Shown here piece after piece: positions 9,973 through 23,800 of a stretch of DNA of 64,000 bases (positions are counted from its first letter, which is position 1; each line of letters begins with the position of its first letter). The translations under genes and the position numbers were made by a program. The notes beneath the pieces were generated by a model that made no database searches, had not been told where the DNA came from, and saw nothing but the letters and a program-made list of their open reading frames with translations. The stretch is from Sphyrna mokarran (taxonomy: Eukaryota), in the NCBI GenBank assembly GCA_024679065.1, contig JAGIQG010000016.1:36084001-36148000 (forward strand), written 5' to 3'.

Positions 9973-12164
9973 CCCATACTTTGAGAGCTTGTACTTCTAC
10001 ATGTCAAAAAAGAAACTTCAATTTGTTTGAGACCTTTTAGGAATGTTCAGAGCTTTTTAAACAAATTGTAAATGAAGTGGAAAATTGACATTGCATCTAT
10101 CTGCAAAACAAATCATACTACTTCAAACAATTAGGGTTTCCTGGAAAATGTATAATGCAAATCTCCATAATTACACAAAAAATGCTCAGAACCCATCAAA
10201 TTCAAGGCAGAATCTTGGTGGATCTCGAGTCAGAAAGTAGAATCTGATTTGACAGTGTTTCCACCCAATTTGCACCAATTGCTGTGAGGGAGGACGTGGT
10301 GAATTTTGCATCTGTCAACCATATGAAGGATGTGACTGAGAAGTTCCAGTTTTGGCATGAGTCCAAATTAAGACCCTAAAACTAGTTAATTCATGAGTAA
10401 TCTATGCTGGAGGGGAATGATCACGTTCTGAAAGTAATCCCAAAGCTCGCCATTTAAAACTTTTGAAACTTTGATCTTTGTTGCATCCTTTCTGGACCAC
10501 CATTCTGGTGTCAAAGGAATCTGGCACCATTGCAACATTTTGATATTTGTCAGATTGGCCACCTGCTGAAACACCTATTGGTATCGGTTCTTGTTTGTGT
10601 AATTTGAGATAAGAGTCCAGACCTTTTTTATTTAGGCACACTTGTAAACTGTGCCACTGTTTATCTTCTGGCAGAGTGGCCTGAGCGGAATTGGAGGGCT
10701 TTTATAATTTAGTCTTTTATTAAGTTTTTGGAGACCTTTATCCCTTTCAGCATGTTTATTTTAGCGCACAAATTGCTCCTTATAGACAATGGTTATTTGA
10801 GAGTGGAGACAATGAAGGCGTGATAACCTCGTACACAACTATCATGCTGATGTGCCTCATTTATTTAAGAAAAAAGTTAAATATAGCACACTGCTTTTTG
10901 GGAGATACTATTTCAGAAAATGCAGAAGGATACAAGTAATGGCATCATTTCTACAATACAGTTATAGCTGATTCTGGAGACACTCCAGCTTTACACCAAA
11001 CCCATGTTTATACTTCTGTGATATGAATGTTCTGTCAGTATGACTCCCTACAGCTGGAGGGCAAATGTTCGTACAAGTGTGCAATTGGTGTAACGAGAGG
11101 AAGGTTACATTACACCATTTCCTGTGAAGCTCAGTTCATTCCAGCATAAGTTTATAGGTTGGAGCATATTAAGGGATAACTTTGAATTGGATTCCAAAAA
11201 GGAAGTAAAAGAGATCAGCAGCCATAACACATATCCAAGTGTATTTAAAAGAAGACAAACTGTATGTTATTGTGGGATTGTCTTGTGACATGACAGAATG
11301 TTACATAGGGTTAGGTCCAGCTGATTATGCTGGCAACAAATGAATCATTTTAGCAGATCATTTCTTATGACTGGTTTGCTTTTTTCATGCCTGTGCACAT
11401 TTTTTCCCCCTTTGGGGAATAATGGGAAGCGTTTGAAGGATTAGCAGGCTGGTTATCAACCCATTTGAACCGTGTTGTGAATGTTCTTTTTGTAGCCAGA
11501 GCATAAGCGTACCTACTGAGACAGTAGGCTGGTCTTCGGACTGACTAACTGGATTGAAAGTCCACTAATTTCTTTGACTGAAGGTGTCCCTTTGTGATTT
11601 CTTCGCCCACTTATGGTAATTGTATGAAGAGCATTTGCAAAGTCTACTCCACTGTCCAACCTCTGTTGGAAATGGCCTAAGGAATGAAGACTTTTTGTAG
11701 TGGATATGCACCTAACTCAGATGAATTGATGAAAATAGTTGCCATCTGTTACACTGTTTTATGCAAAGTCATAAGAAATCGGATCTTAGAAATGTGACAG
11801 TAATGTAAATGCATCTGCACATCAATAATTTCAAATGTGAGCAGTTCACCAACTTCATTGCATATCATGCTAATCAAGTGCAAGAATGGATTTCTTTGCA
11901 TTAAAGCAGTGTTGTGGGGGAAATTTTGAAATTGTGCAACTGACCATTTCCTGCTGAGACATATCAAATCCTCCTTTAGGTTTGTACAGACTCAAAGCAA
12001 AATATTCACAACTATTTCAACTGACATTTTTGGGTTGATAATTCTCTACACCGAAGTGGTGATACTCTTTATCACTAAAATGTGCGGAGGGAAGCTGTTC
12101 AGCTTGCTTGCTTGTTTAAAGGGGGTATATGTGAGCAGCAAATTTGTAAAAATCTCTTTCATTA

Positions 12165-12680
12165 GATTTATATAATTCTGGCAAGGATATTGCCCTTGAG
12201 AGAGTACTGGTGAGCTGCCTTCTGAATACCATAGTCTGTGGTGTGGGGTACGGCTATAGCCACACCATAGGGTGTTTCAGGATATTAACCAGTCACAATG
12301 AAGGAATGGCATTTTTCTTCCAAGTCAGTATGGGTTGTGACTTGGTGGGAACCTGCTGGTGATGATGTTCCCATATGCCTGCTGCTCTTGTACTTCTATG
12401 AATTGAAGACGTGTTTGAGACATACTTTTAAAGACATTTGGCAAGTTGTTGCAATGATCATATAATTAGTACTTGCTACATCCACAGTGATGGAGGGATT
12501 GAATGTTTAAGCTGGTGGATCACCTGGTCAAGTGGGTTGTTTAGTCCCACATGATATCAAACTTCTTAAATATTGTTGGAGCTGTACTAATCCAGGATAT
12601 AGGGACTATTGCATTTCACACTCCTGACTAATGCCTTGTAGATGGTAGATAGCCTTTGAGGCGAAAGGAAGGGAGTTGCA
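12165..12680 (-). mobile_element. decayed CR1-clade LINE 3' part (family of 35158-36138)
   Basis: Reverse-complement similarity to 35600-36100 (gtgagctgccttctgaa...ttccaagtcag...gccttgtagatgg). Confidence 0.7.
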
Positions 12681-12695
12681 GATTATCTGAGGGGA

Positions 12696-14480
12696 TGTAA
12701 CAATCTTTGCATAAACTTTGCTTCACCAACGATTTCATCAGTGATTTTGTTAAATGCATTTATATATTATCAGTTATTGGTAAATAATATTTCTATCCAA
12801 CTTGCTATTATTTCCGTTATTTATTATTATACGCAATGGCATCCAATAAATTAAAGCTGTTATTAATTTGCAGAAGACAAATGATCCCAGATAAGGTAAA
12901 ATCCAGCAATCTATCAGTTTTGGCTACATTCCCCTGAGCATTGTTCTTTGCAATTCTATAGGTACAACTGTTGCCGATTCTTCTGACAGTTTTTAAAAAT
13001 TTGTCTTTCCTGATTTGATATGGCCTAGGTTCATGAGTTGGTAAATCGTGACTGCTTCTTTATTCAGTGCATCCGTTCATCTTGATCTGATTGTCAGGAT
13101 GCAGGTTTTGGTGGCAAACAGAACATTTAGTGCCCTTGCTTCAATATAGAGTCAATTTCCTTCTTTACCTTTGGCAAGAGTAAATGAGGAACTTTCTGGA
13201 TGTAAACAGGCACACTTGCTTTGTTTCATGATGTAGTGTGCTGATGTGGTGTGCTATCTTCAGCATTGCTGGTCCTGTGAAAAGCTGTGGAAAGTCAGCT
13301 CTGAGATTTTTAGGCTGATCTCAGCTTTCCAGTTCATCTACTCTGCAAATTGGATGCAAGTTGATGCCAGCTTTACTGCTCAAGAGTGAACAACTCTGGC
13401 TCAGGATCACATAAGATCTTTCTCTTCTGTGTTGAAGGGTTTCATTCAGTTGTCCTATGATTTTGAGTTCCATGTAGTTTTTTTTCGTACGATGGCTGAA
13501 AAGACCTTTTCATCAACCATGATTCAATATCAGAAAAAATCAAAATTGCAGCACCTGTGTCTACTTTATTGAGTTTTTTTCCCCTCTACTAGGTTATCAG
13601 CACTCCGGTAGCTTTCACTTGGTTCCTAAGTCTCCCCGAGGAACATAATCTCAATATCATCGATGTCATCTGTTTCATGGATCTTGCCATCTTTCAGAAG
13701 TTTTACATTTTCCTTATTCTGTACGGTCTCCTTGCTGTGACACACAGGCTAAAATTGATCCTTTACCCTGCAAACTGGCTTCTTTATAGCAGGACAGTTT
13801 CCCATCTGTGGTTTTCCTGCTGCACTGATTACAGTTAGCTGAGCCAGCTGACGAATATTCTTCCTGTGTTGTAAAGCTGCTCTCTTCTGTTAAATTTACT
13901 ATACTCCACTTACTCAGTGTTTTTTGGATTTGGGTCATCCTGATGTCCTGGATCATTGATCAATTTTGTTTCCTGCCTTCAGCTTTTCTGCTCAGTTGAA
14001 TTGTCTTTGTTAAGGTTGAATCATCTCTCAACTGGTCAGACAATGCTTCATCCAAGACACTGGCAACAGTTTTGATCCTGATTAGTTCATCTTTTAAGTT
14101 GCCATACTTATTGTTCTCTATCAGTCGACATAGCTCACCGATAAATGCATCAATACATTTCCCTTTGGGTATGCTTGTTAAATTTAGCCAGCTGGACAAT
14201 GGTATTCTTTTGCAGATTGAAGTAAGCGTCAAGTGCTTTTATTATATTGTAATACTTAGCTTTTGCCTTGTAGATCCCTTGCTTGACTAAGATATTTTCC
14301 ATGTTTGTTCTTTCGCTCATTCCCACTAGATAGTACTCTTGGTCTTGAGGTGCTACCACAAAATATGCGCAGAGTCTGTTGAGGAAAATGTTAACTTTAT
14401 TGGAACATCCCCTACTGTGGTTTGCTTAATGTGAGGTCTACAAGAGAGCCACATCTTGAGACTTTGCATCACCTTCAGTA
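12696..14480 (-). mobile_element. decayed, internally deleted Gypsy-type LTR retrotransposon (gag and protease remnants)
   Basis: Minus strand: IIKALDAYFNLQKNTIVQLAKFNK and IDAFIGELCRLIENNKYGNLKDELIR (gag-like), CNQC knuckle remnant, KVDTGAAI retropepsin motif at about 13545-13567; PPT-like aggggaa followed by TGTAG at 12935-12924. Confidence 0.75.
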
Positions 14481-14599
14481 ATAATGTATATTCTCTCATC
14501 AGCATATCATAAATTTAGAATTAACCCTTATATTGTATTCACTATTATTAAGACTCACTTTTTATTCAAAATTTATCTGGAATGTAAAACACAACTTCT

Positions 14600-15310
14600 A
14601 AATTCACCAATGAAGCCAAAATTAAGAAGGTGGGAGTTTGGTAGATAATATGATGGAGTACTGCAAAAAAATACATAAATACATTAATGAATTTGCAGAA
14701 CTGGTAATTGAATTTCAACACTAGTAAATGTGAGGTTATAACATTTTATTAAGAAAAGTGAGAAGTCATGTATTACTTGGAAATTAAGAGCTTCAATTGC
14801 AACAAGGAGCCAAGGATCTGGAAGACATTACTGTGTTCCGTTTGTCAGATTATAAAATGAATATAGAGGCATGGAAGTGGGTAGAAAATAAATTTACAAG
14901 ACTGATATCAGCAATTATGTCTATCACAAATGGACAAACAGACTGTGTGCCATTGTTCACTTGAAAAACAAAGGCAGAGGGGTGATTTTTCATACAGATT
15001 CTAAAAGTTTTGATAGAGTACACATGGAAAGAATGTTTCCACATGTAGGGAAGAACAGAACCAGATAATCAATAAGAGGACAAATAATCCAAAAAGGATT
15101 TCAAAAGAAACTTTTTACTCAAAGAGTGAAAAGAATGTAGTTCTTATTTCCAGGGGAAGCTAGATAAGCAAATGTAGAGAAACGGAATAGAGGGTTATGC
15201 TGATCGTGTTCAATAAGGAAGGATGGAAGGACACTCATATGGAGCATTAATACCAGTACGTTCGGCCAAATGGCTTGGTTCTGTACTAGTTTATTCTATG
15301 TATTTCTGTG
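14600..15310 (+). mobile_element. decayed CR1 LINE 3' part
   Basis: KFADD-like aaattcaccaatgaagccaaa; 3' end ggccaaatggcttggttctgtact...attctatg. Confidence 0.75.
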
Positions 15311-15344
15311 TAAAACCTGATATTCAAATTGCTTTTGATAAGAA

Positions 15345-16270
15345 GTTCTCAGCAATTAATTAAGCTACAAGCTATGGGATTCAGAGTAAATTCTATGCAT
15401 AGCAAAGAAATGTTCTGAAGGGTAGGAAACAACAAGTATTTGTCAAGCAGTTATGTCACTGTAGAGATAGTTACTAACTGTACATCTCAAGACTTAGAAA
15501 CAGTAGGTCCAGTAAAAATTGATACTCGTGATCTGATTCAGAAACTGAATGTGGTTGTCAAACTTTTCAGATGATGCAAAACTCGGAAGGGCAGTGGAAC
15601 CAGAAGAGACAGCTCCAAATTACAAGATGAGTTAATTAAGATATATAAACGGCAGAAAATGACAGACTAAACTTAATGCAAAAAAGTGAAAGAAGGTATA
15701 TATAAGAAGGGAAAATATATAGAACACATGCTCCATGAATGATGTTAAATATCGGATGATAAAGCCAAAAGAGACTTAAGATTTTCCATAGCCTTAACAC
15801 TAAACATGTTTAAATAATCCAGAGCAGTCATCAACAAAGATAGCAGGATTTTTAACTATGTTATTGGAATACTGTGTCTGATTTGGAGAAATTAATGTTA
15901 AATTTTAGTAGATGTGGTCAGAAAGCACCTTGTCCAGTTTTTAACACGAGGAAGTCAATTCAGTGTCAGAAACAGTCCAAAAAAGAGTCACGTGGCTGAA
16001 CATTGATGGCAGGGCTCTGAGTTAGAAGATAAATCTAGTGAAATTGGACTCATTGACCTGGAAAGGATGTGTCAAAGAAGTAATCATATAGAGGTATATA
16101 AGATTGTTAGGAATATAGAAGAAGTTATCCTGGAATTCTACTTTAAATTGAACTGCAAGATTTAGGACACAAGAGGACACAAGTTCCAATAAGTAAAATA
16201 TAATTTTAAGACTGATATCAGGAAATTCTTCTTCACATTGTGAAACACAATTGATTGCACATGTGGCTGA
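15345..16270 (+). mobile_element. very old CR1-like LINE RT fragment
   Basis: gcttttgataag (AFDK), ttttcagatgatgcaaaactc (FADD-like), ttcttcttcaca (FFF). Confidence 0.55.
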
Positions 16271-16317
16271 AAGTGAGCGGCAAAGGATTTTGATTCACAG
16301 GCCTCTGACACCAGGAC

Positions 16318-16505
16318 ATCATGGAAACCCTACAGTGTAGAAGGAAGCTATTTTGTCCATTGAGTCTGCACTGACAACAATCCCATCCAGGCCCTATCCC
16401 TGCTTAGCTAGCCCTGCTAATCCCTCTAACCTATCACATCCAGGATACTAAGGGTTAATTTAGCATGTCCAATCAATCTAACCAGCACATCTTTGGACAC
16501 TAGGG
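16318..16505 (-). mobile_element. 5'-truncated HE1-like SINE, CR1-type tail A
   Basis: ccctacagtgtagaaggaag...ccattgagtctgcactgac...aatttagcatgtccaatc. Confidence 0.75.
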
Positions 16506-18654
16506 AAAGGGCAAAATTTTTGAGATAGATTTGATTGAAACCTTTCTGGAATCAACCAGTGTCACGGTGAATCAAATAACTGGGAGACAAGGCTTTAAAA
16601 TAATAAAATGGGTGGTGAAAGGCTTCTTGAAAGGGTAAATTCAAAAGCAGCAAGGGAAATGTAAAGATCTACAGCAGAGCAGCATTTTGAGTAAAAGTGA
16701 ACAGAATGGACCAGGAAGGGAGGGTGAGGGAAATAAATAAAATGGACCGTTAATGATAAAGTTCACGTCAGGAAAAATTAGGAAAAGATCAGATCTAAAT
16801 CTGAATGTGTGAAGGAGTCGCAACAAATAGCAGATAGAAGTCATTAGGTTTGTTCCATTAATCATTACGGAGATTTGGTTACAAAGTGACCAAGTTGAGA
16901 GGTCAGTATTCCAGGATACTTAACTTATAGAGGAGCTGGAAAAAAAGGAGGGGATTCCTGATAAAATATGGGATTAAGACATAGAGAGGAATGATCTTGG
17001 TTTAAAAAATCAACAAGTAGAATCAGTTTGGGTTGCGAAGAGCTAAGAAACAGCAAGAAGCAAACATTGATAGAAACTGTGTATAGGCCTTCCAACAATA
17101 GGTGTAATATAGGGCAAAGTGTTAAGAAAGAAACCAAAGGTGCTTTTAATAAGGATAAAACGGTTATTATGGCAGACTCCAACCATCATATAGACGAGGT
17201 TACCCAAATTTGTGGAAGATGATTTTGTGGGATTGATTCAGAATATTTTTCCAGACTTGTATGCTGATGAACTGACTCAGAAATAGACTATTTGGAACTA
17301 GTATTGCACAATGGGAAAGGATTAATTAAAGGAGGCTTTGAGGGATGAATGACTATAATAGTGATAAAAATTTGTATTGGGTATTGGAAGTGCTTGAGTT
17401 GAGGCTCAAAACTAGAGATTTAAATCTAATCAAAGCAAAGTATGTAGGTATGAGGAATGAGTTGGCTAATGTGCACTAGGAAGCTACATTAATAGTTATG
17501 ATAGTAGATAAGTAATGACTAGCATTTAAAAAAAAGTCTATAATTTGCAACATTAGTGCATTTCTTTAAACACATAACGCACAGAAAAAGTCATCCAATT
17601 GTGGCTAAGTAGAAGAGTTAAAGACAGGTAAAGATTTGTAATATTATCAAAAAGAATAGTGAACCTGAAGATTGGGAGGATTTGAGAATTTGGCTAAGGA
17701 GGTTCAATGAATTGATAAGAAAAAAGAATTGGTGAGTAGATTAGTTCACAAGAAACATAAAGAATAGATTGTAAATATTTCTAAAGATATGAAAAAAAAC
17801 AAGAGATTAGTGAAAGTAAACATGGATCCATTAAGGCAGAGACAGGAGAATTTACAATGAAGAACAAAGAAATGGGAGGAAGTATTTTTTAATAGTTTGT
17901 ATGTGACGCACAAAAAATCCAGAAATAAAGGGAAATGAGGGTTTAGTGAGAATAAATAACTTCAAGATAAGTAAAGAAATAGTAGTTGAGAAATTAATGG
18001 GGCTAAGTTGGGACACATTCCTTGGAACTGACAGCCTGATCCTAGGATTTTAAAAGAAGTTGCTACAGAGATAGTGGATGCATTGAGGTTGACCTTCCAG
18101 AATTCTTGAGATTCTGGAACAGTTCCCAAGGTATGGAATGACATGAACCTAATCCTTTTTATTTCAGAAGAGAGAAAACTGGGAGCTTTAGGCCAGTTAG
18201 CTGAACATCAGTAGTAGGCAGTATGCTCAAATTTATTGTTAGGTTGTAGTACAAAGACACTTCGAAAAAATCATGAAGCTGAGTCAGCACGGATTTATGA
18301 ATGGAAAATCCTTCTTGACATATTTATTTGAGACTTTTGAGGAAGTAACTAATTATGTGGATATAGGAGAAACTGATTTTGCAGATTTGGATATTTGAAA
18401 ATCATTCAATAAAGTATCACCTAAGAGGTAATAAACACGATTAGGGGTCTTAGGACTTGGGGTAGTATATTATCATAGATTGAAGATTGATAAATGGGCA
18501 AAAAGCAGAGTAGGAATAAACAGCACACGATTTTTTTTATCGGTAAAGTGTAACCTAAGAATACCTCAATTATGTGCAATCTATATTAATTACTTAAACA
18601 AGGTAATATAAAATTTCCAAGTTTGGCCATGATAGAAGTTAGACGGGAAAGTTA

Positions 18655-20034
18655 ATAAGTTCAAGGAAAATCAGAGCAGAGTACTCCACAGGTGAATTGA
18701 GCTTGTTCCATTATTCAACACAATCAAGGCTGAGCTATCTCAGACTTAAATATATTCAATGATGGAACATCCACATCCATCTGGGGTACTGCATTTTAAC
18801 AATTTATAACATTTTGAGTGAAGAGATTTCTCCTCATCTCAGTATGAAATGTTCATCTTCCTATCCTGAGGCTGCCCCCGTGTTCTGGATTCACCAGCCA
18901 GAGAATACAAACTCACTGTCAAGTCCATTCAGAATCTTGCATGTTTCAATGAAATCAGTTTTCATTCTTCTAAACTCCAGTGGTTCTAGACCCAAATTAC
19001 TCAGCCACTCATCACTGCACAGCTCTCTCATCCCAGGAACCAATTAAGAACTGTATTGTCTCCAATGTGTGTTTATCCTTTACCAAACTCCTTGTAGTTG
19101 TAACAAAACTTCCTCATTTGTGTACACCAAACCTCTTGCAGTAAAGACTAATAAGCTGCCTTTCTAATTGCATGCTGCACCTGCAAGCCAGCTTTGTGTT
19201 CCTCTTTTTCAGTACACCCGTTCCTTTAAACAATAATATTTACAAGTTTCACGTCAGTTGGCTTTCTATCCTTATTAGTAAAGTGAATAATGTCTCTCTT
19301 CCCCATGTTTCTTGTCACCTTTTTTGCCAACTCACATAATCTATTTATATCTTTTTGTACACTCTTTGTGTTCTTCTCAGAGCTTATATTCCCCTTCGCT
19401 TTGAAATAAGATCATTATTCTCTATCACTGACTGAAATCTTGCTGCTCTTCATGCTGGTGGGATCTTCGTTCCTACTATCAGCATTTCCCCACCAGAGGG
19501 TTCTCAGGGGTGACTAGTGCATTCAATGGGGAACCCATCAACAATAGCAGCACCATCAGTAGGGATGCATTGTCTCCCGCTGCCATGAAATATGCTATGG
19601 CGAGGGAGAAAATTCATGCTCTTAGTCTTAAATCATTAGTACAAATTTTCATAAGTTGAGGCCACAGCACTGATTTTTGTGGCACTTGGCATTTTCAATT
19701 TAGCAGGCAGTGAATAGTTGTTTGTCTCTTTTTTATTGCTTCCGGTCTGTTAACTAGTCTTCTACTGATGCATGCCAATATGTAATCCCCAGTAATATGT
19801 AACCCCCAGCTCCATCTTGCATTTAATACCTTATGTTAAATGCCTTAGGAAATACTTCTGGAAAACTAAGTGTACTACATCTACTGGTTGCTCCTTTGTC
19901 TACCTGCTTGTTAAACACTTAAAAAAAAACTCTATTGCATCTGTCAAATGATATTTCTCTTCCATAAAACCATGCCGATTTTATCTAATCATGCTACAAT
20001 TTTTGAAGTGTATTGTTAAGATTTCCTTCATTAT
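18655..20034 (-). mobile_element. decayed CR1 LINE nested in opposite orientation
   Basis: Reversed 3' end at about 18660 (agagcagagta...ccattattcaacacaatcaaggctga); reversed QHGF region (cataaaccatgccgat) at about 19965. Confidence 0.75.
19428..19620. mobile_element. MITE-like element
   Basis: Similar to 20537-20736 (gctggtgggatctt...gagaaaattcatgc); interrupts CR1 homology. Confidence 0.55.
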
Positions 20035-20536
20035 AAGTAAATGATGAGGAGGTTGCACAGAGGCTGCTTGAGGAATCTAGACAAGTTGAGTGACTGGACA
20101 AGAACATGGTAGATGAAATACAATGTAACTAAAGGAAGTTATCCATTTTAGGAAAAATGAAAACAGCAGAATATTTTTTGAATGGTGAGAGACTGGGAAA
20201 TGTTTGCATTCAGACTGATCTGGGTGGTCTTCTCCAGTCATCTCAGAAAGTTAACATCAAGCAAGGCACAGCAAGTAATTAGATGCAAAATGACTGGAAT
20301 ATAAGAGTGAAGAAGGCTTAACATAATTATGCAGGAAGTTGGTAAGGCTACAGCTGGAGTACTGTGTGCAGTTTTTTATCTCCTGACCCGAAGAAATGGG
20401 TACTTGCTTGAGTGGAAGAGTAATAGGTTCATTAGCTCTTATGTTAAGGGGCTTGATCTATGAGGAAACATTGAATAGTCTAGGCTTAGTTTCCTGAAGT
20501 TTGGATCAATGAAATATGATCTAATTAAAACATATA

Positions 20537-20736
20537 GGCCAGAATTCTCCATCTGTTCTTGCTGGCAGGATTTTCTGGTCCTGCCAGCAATGCACCCACA
20601 TCCACAGGTTTCCTGCTGGTGATAGAAATAGGAATTCCTATTGACAGTGGTGGCACTAGAAAATTTTCCTCCTATGTGTTGTAGGTACCTCCTACCGATG
20701 AGAAGCACATGGCTGGAAGGCCAGAGAATCTCACCC
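20537..20736. mobile_element. MITE (putative PIF/Harbinger-type)
   Basis: Imperfect TIRs ggccagaattctc / gagaatctcaccc; flanks ata/aga; cleanly interrupts CR1 aaacatata|aagttcttaaggg. Confidence 0.65.
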
Positions 20737-20754
20737 AGAAAGTTCTTAAGGGCC

Positions 20755-20850
20755 GAGAAGCAAAGTACTGTGGGTGCTAAAAATCTGAGATGAAAACAGA
20801 AAATGATGGAGAAATTCAGCACGTCCAGTAGCATTTGTGGAGAGAGATGA
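20755..20850 (+). mobile_element. short Penelope-type terminal-repeat-like fragment
   Basis: aatctgagatgaaaacagaaaatgatggagaaattcagcacgtccagtagcatttgtggagagaga resembles a very common shark repeat (recall). Confidence 0.5.
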
Positions 20851-23800
20851 TGCAAGAAGGTGTTATTGAGATTGAAGATCAGTCATGAGCTTGTTGAATA
20901 ACAAAAAACTACATGGCTCATTTCAGCTTCTATTATATTCTTAAGTTGTCTGGGCACATGATTTAAGATGAGCAAGATCATCTTGCTCCTTATCTAATTC
21001 ATATATGAAAAAAGCTTAATTTCAGGGAAGGGTTTTCACAGACTTTGGTGAGAGGTTGAGGAGTGAAAGATGCAGCTATTGAGATATTCTAATGAAGAAG
21101 TGATAGATTGACCTCGGCCAAATTGCGTATGAAGAGATGAGTTAAAACTACCAGAGTGAAGTGGAATAACAGAGGGAGAGGAGCGAAGATAATGGACTAT
21201 TTGAGGCCATATGTTTCAGGGAACTTGAAGCATACCAAGAAGAGAATTAATTTCATGATGGATTGTGAATAAACATTGGAATTGGCACAGTGAGATGAAA
21301 ATAATATGAAATCAGCAAGGAGTAAGCTTTTGCACCATTTGTAATACAAAGATGTCAGTAGAGGCAAAATGACTTTGTGACACACCACTACACAAGTCAG
21401 TACCCTGAACCACATTTTCCTTTGCCAATTCTAACATGTTATTTTTGTTCAGGAAAATTAAATCAGCCTTGTAAATTATCCTTCACTAAGCATGATATGA
21501 AATAGCACTGCATCAATTACTGTAAGATACTAGGAATTTTTTAAAAATATGTTTTCAAGTTATTTCTAATACATTATACAATGATCTTCTCTAAATTATA
21601 AAATGCAATAATTCTAGAAAATTTATTTTTCAATCACGCATATAAATTACACTCAAAATTTGGAATCAAATTCCACAATCCTTCACCATGTTAAGTGACT
21701 GTGAATGCTATAGGTAACAGTTTAAATTGTTTCTTAGATAATCCAATCTGTGTTTCTACTTTTAAAAGTTGTGTTCAATAATTCCTTTTTTTGTGATGTT
21801 TTGCCAGCTCCCATATCTCAGCTTCTTTGATGCTGCACTACATTAATCACTGGAGCTCATCTTCAATGAAATGTCTGTGAAACACTATTGTATGTTCTAT
21901 GTGAATTCTCCACCCACAATGATTTATACACTTGAGGTAATAAAAGTATTGTGCAGACTGCCCACCCCAGGATTCTGCAATACGTGAATCTACCACATCA
22001 AAGCTCCATTTGGGTGCTGCTGTTAGAAACAATTATAGCTTCTGGTTCTTTCTTTTAACGGAAAACCATTTTTTAATGGGTTTGCTGTACGGCAAAGCAA
22101 AGAGGGCAGGTTGGCAACCTATCACCTTTATCGATCAATGCTATTCCATAACCGACCATGAGAAAAGACCTGAAGTACTAGGACTTGAACGTATTGTTTG
22201 AACTTGCTGCACAGTGAGTTCCTGTCCCCAAACAGGCTGACAAAAAGTAAGAGGGAAAACAACAAATAAAGTTATTATGGTCCCTCAGAAAAAAATCTCA
22301 GATTCTAACAGTGAGTTAACCTGGCAGCAAGCTGTCTCACTTCTTTGCATTTACCTGGAATTGACCGAGATTGTTCAAACAAATACAGACACATGAATTC
22401 GGAAGTAGTCTCAATTCAGATACATAAATACTTTTGATGCTCTCCCCTCTGTCTGTTCTTCACAAAGTCAGAGCTTCTGGTAAGCAATAGGATATTTAAT
22501 GGCTTAAACATTAAATGAATTGAAGAATAAAGGTAATCATAATTAAAAAACAATTGATATATATTATGAGAGATATTGCTTTTCGACAAAATAAACCATG
22601 ATAATCACTGATTTTGATCTTTGTTGTTGCTATGGTACCTGGTCCTGGAGTTGAGGACTCAGACAATGAGACCTTTACTAAATACAGTGTCACATTTCCA
22701 GCATAGCTGTTAATTAGTTGACTGAGGATACTATGAATATGTTCTACCTGTAACTGTCTAGACCTGGCATATATGGCAATTAGTCTTTTAAATCAGAATT
22801 TAGTGGCAAAATATTTACTCAAAATGCTCTCTTTCTATTTTAGTCTTATAATAAAAGCATTTTTATACAATATCAAAAAGACAACTTCAAAGATATTTAT
22901 TTCGATGTCATGAGAGCATTTGGATGTTATTAATCATTCTGATACTGTGTCTGAAAGATCTCAAGTCATAGCTTGCTGTGGCTAGAAACTGAAGTATGCC
23001 CGAGTAAGGCAAATTTCAGTAGTAATAGTTTGAATCAGCCTGATAAAAAGGGTATTAACCTGGTATTATAATCAGTTAGGGAAATACAAGAGCTTTTGCA
23101 TAGTATGGATTGTGTTAGATTATTTGATCATTTTCAAAATTTTTGGAAAATAATCAATAAATGTTTCATTGCTGACTTCCGAGTCAATAAAGATTTATCT
23201 TGATTCTCTTGAGTTTGTGATAGAACCACTTAACCAGAAATTACCATTTGTCCGAATGGGTAAATAGCACTGCCCTTTTAGTTTTCAGTAAATTCTTATG
23301 GCTGACTTATCAACAAGGTATGAAAAAAAAATTGACAAATAGGAACAAGTTCTTGATCACGGCATCTAAATTGTGAATTAAGCTGCCTTCTGCTTATCCA
23401 TTGAAAAGCTGTAATATTGATTAATAAATGTGTTGATTCAGATCCAACTAATTCATGTGAATTCAGGTAGTCTGTTTATGAAGGCAGATGTCTGAACTGC
23501 ATGTAGGTCTGATTTTGCAGAAGGCACCAAAGCTTTTTTCCATGAAATGCCATTAGTGATAAAATGAAAACAACTCTTTTCAAAACCTACCAATAAATTA
23601 ATTCAAAGTTAATTGATTTATTTTGCTTTTGGGTAGCAAGGATTGAGATTTTAAATGGCATATTTTATGGATTTCCACGCTAATGAACCAGGGACAATGA
23701 TGCAGACTGTGAGAACTCAATGGGCAGCATTGTCATATTGCTTTAATAGTAAACTAACAAAGCTGCCATGATCACAGAAGAGAAGGAGTTCATTAGGGTT

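Larger units (their letters stand above)
16860..20945 (+). mobile_element. near full-length decayed CR1 ORF2 (APE endonuclease and RT), split by nested insertions
   Basis: ITE-W-Q (16861), ETVYRPSN, MADSN, QHGF (18286), SKF-DD (about 18615); resumes at about 20035 (DKLSDW...LEYCVQF) to 3' end at about 20945. Confidence 0.85.

Noticed and set aside
20439-20855. Longest ORF (138 aa)
   Set aside because: Runs across a Penelope-type fragment, a MITE and antisense CR1; a composite artefact
21000-21430. Purine-rich stretch as reversed L2 fragment
   Set aside because: Too decayed to assign without alignment
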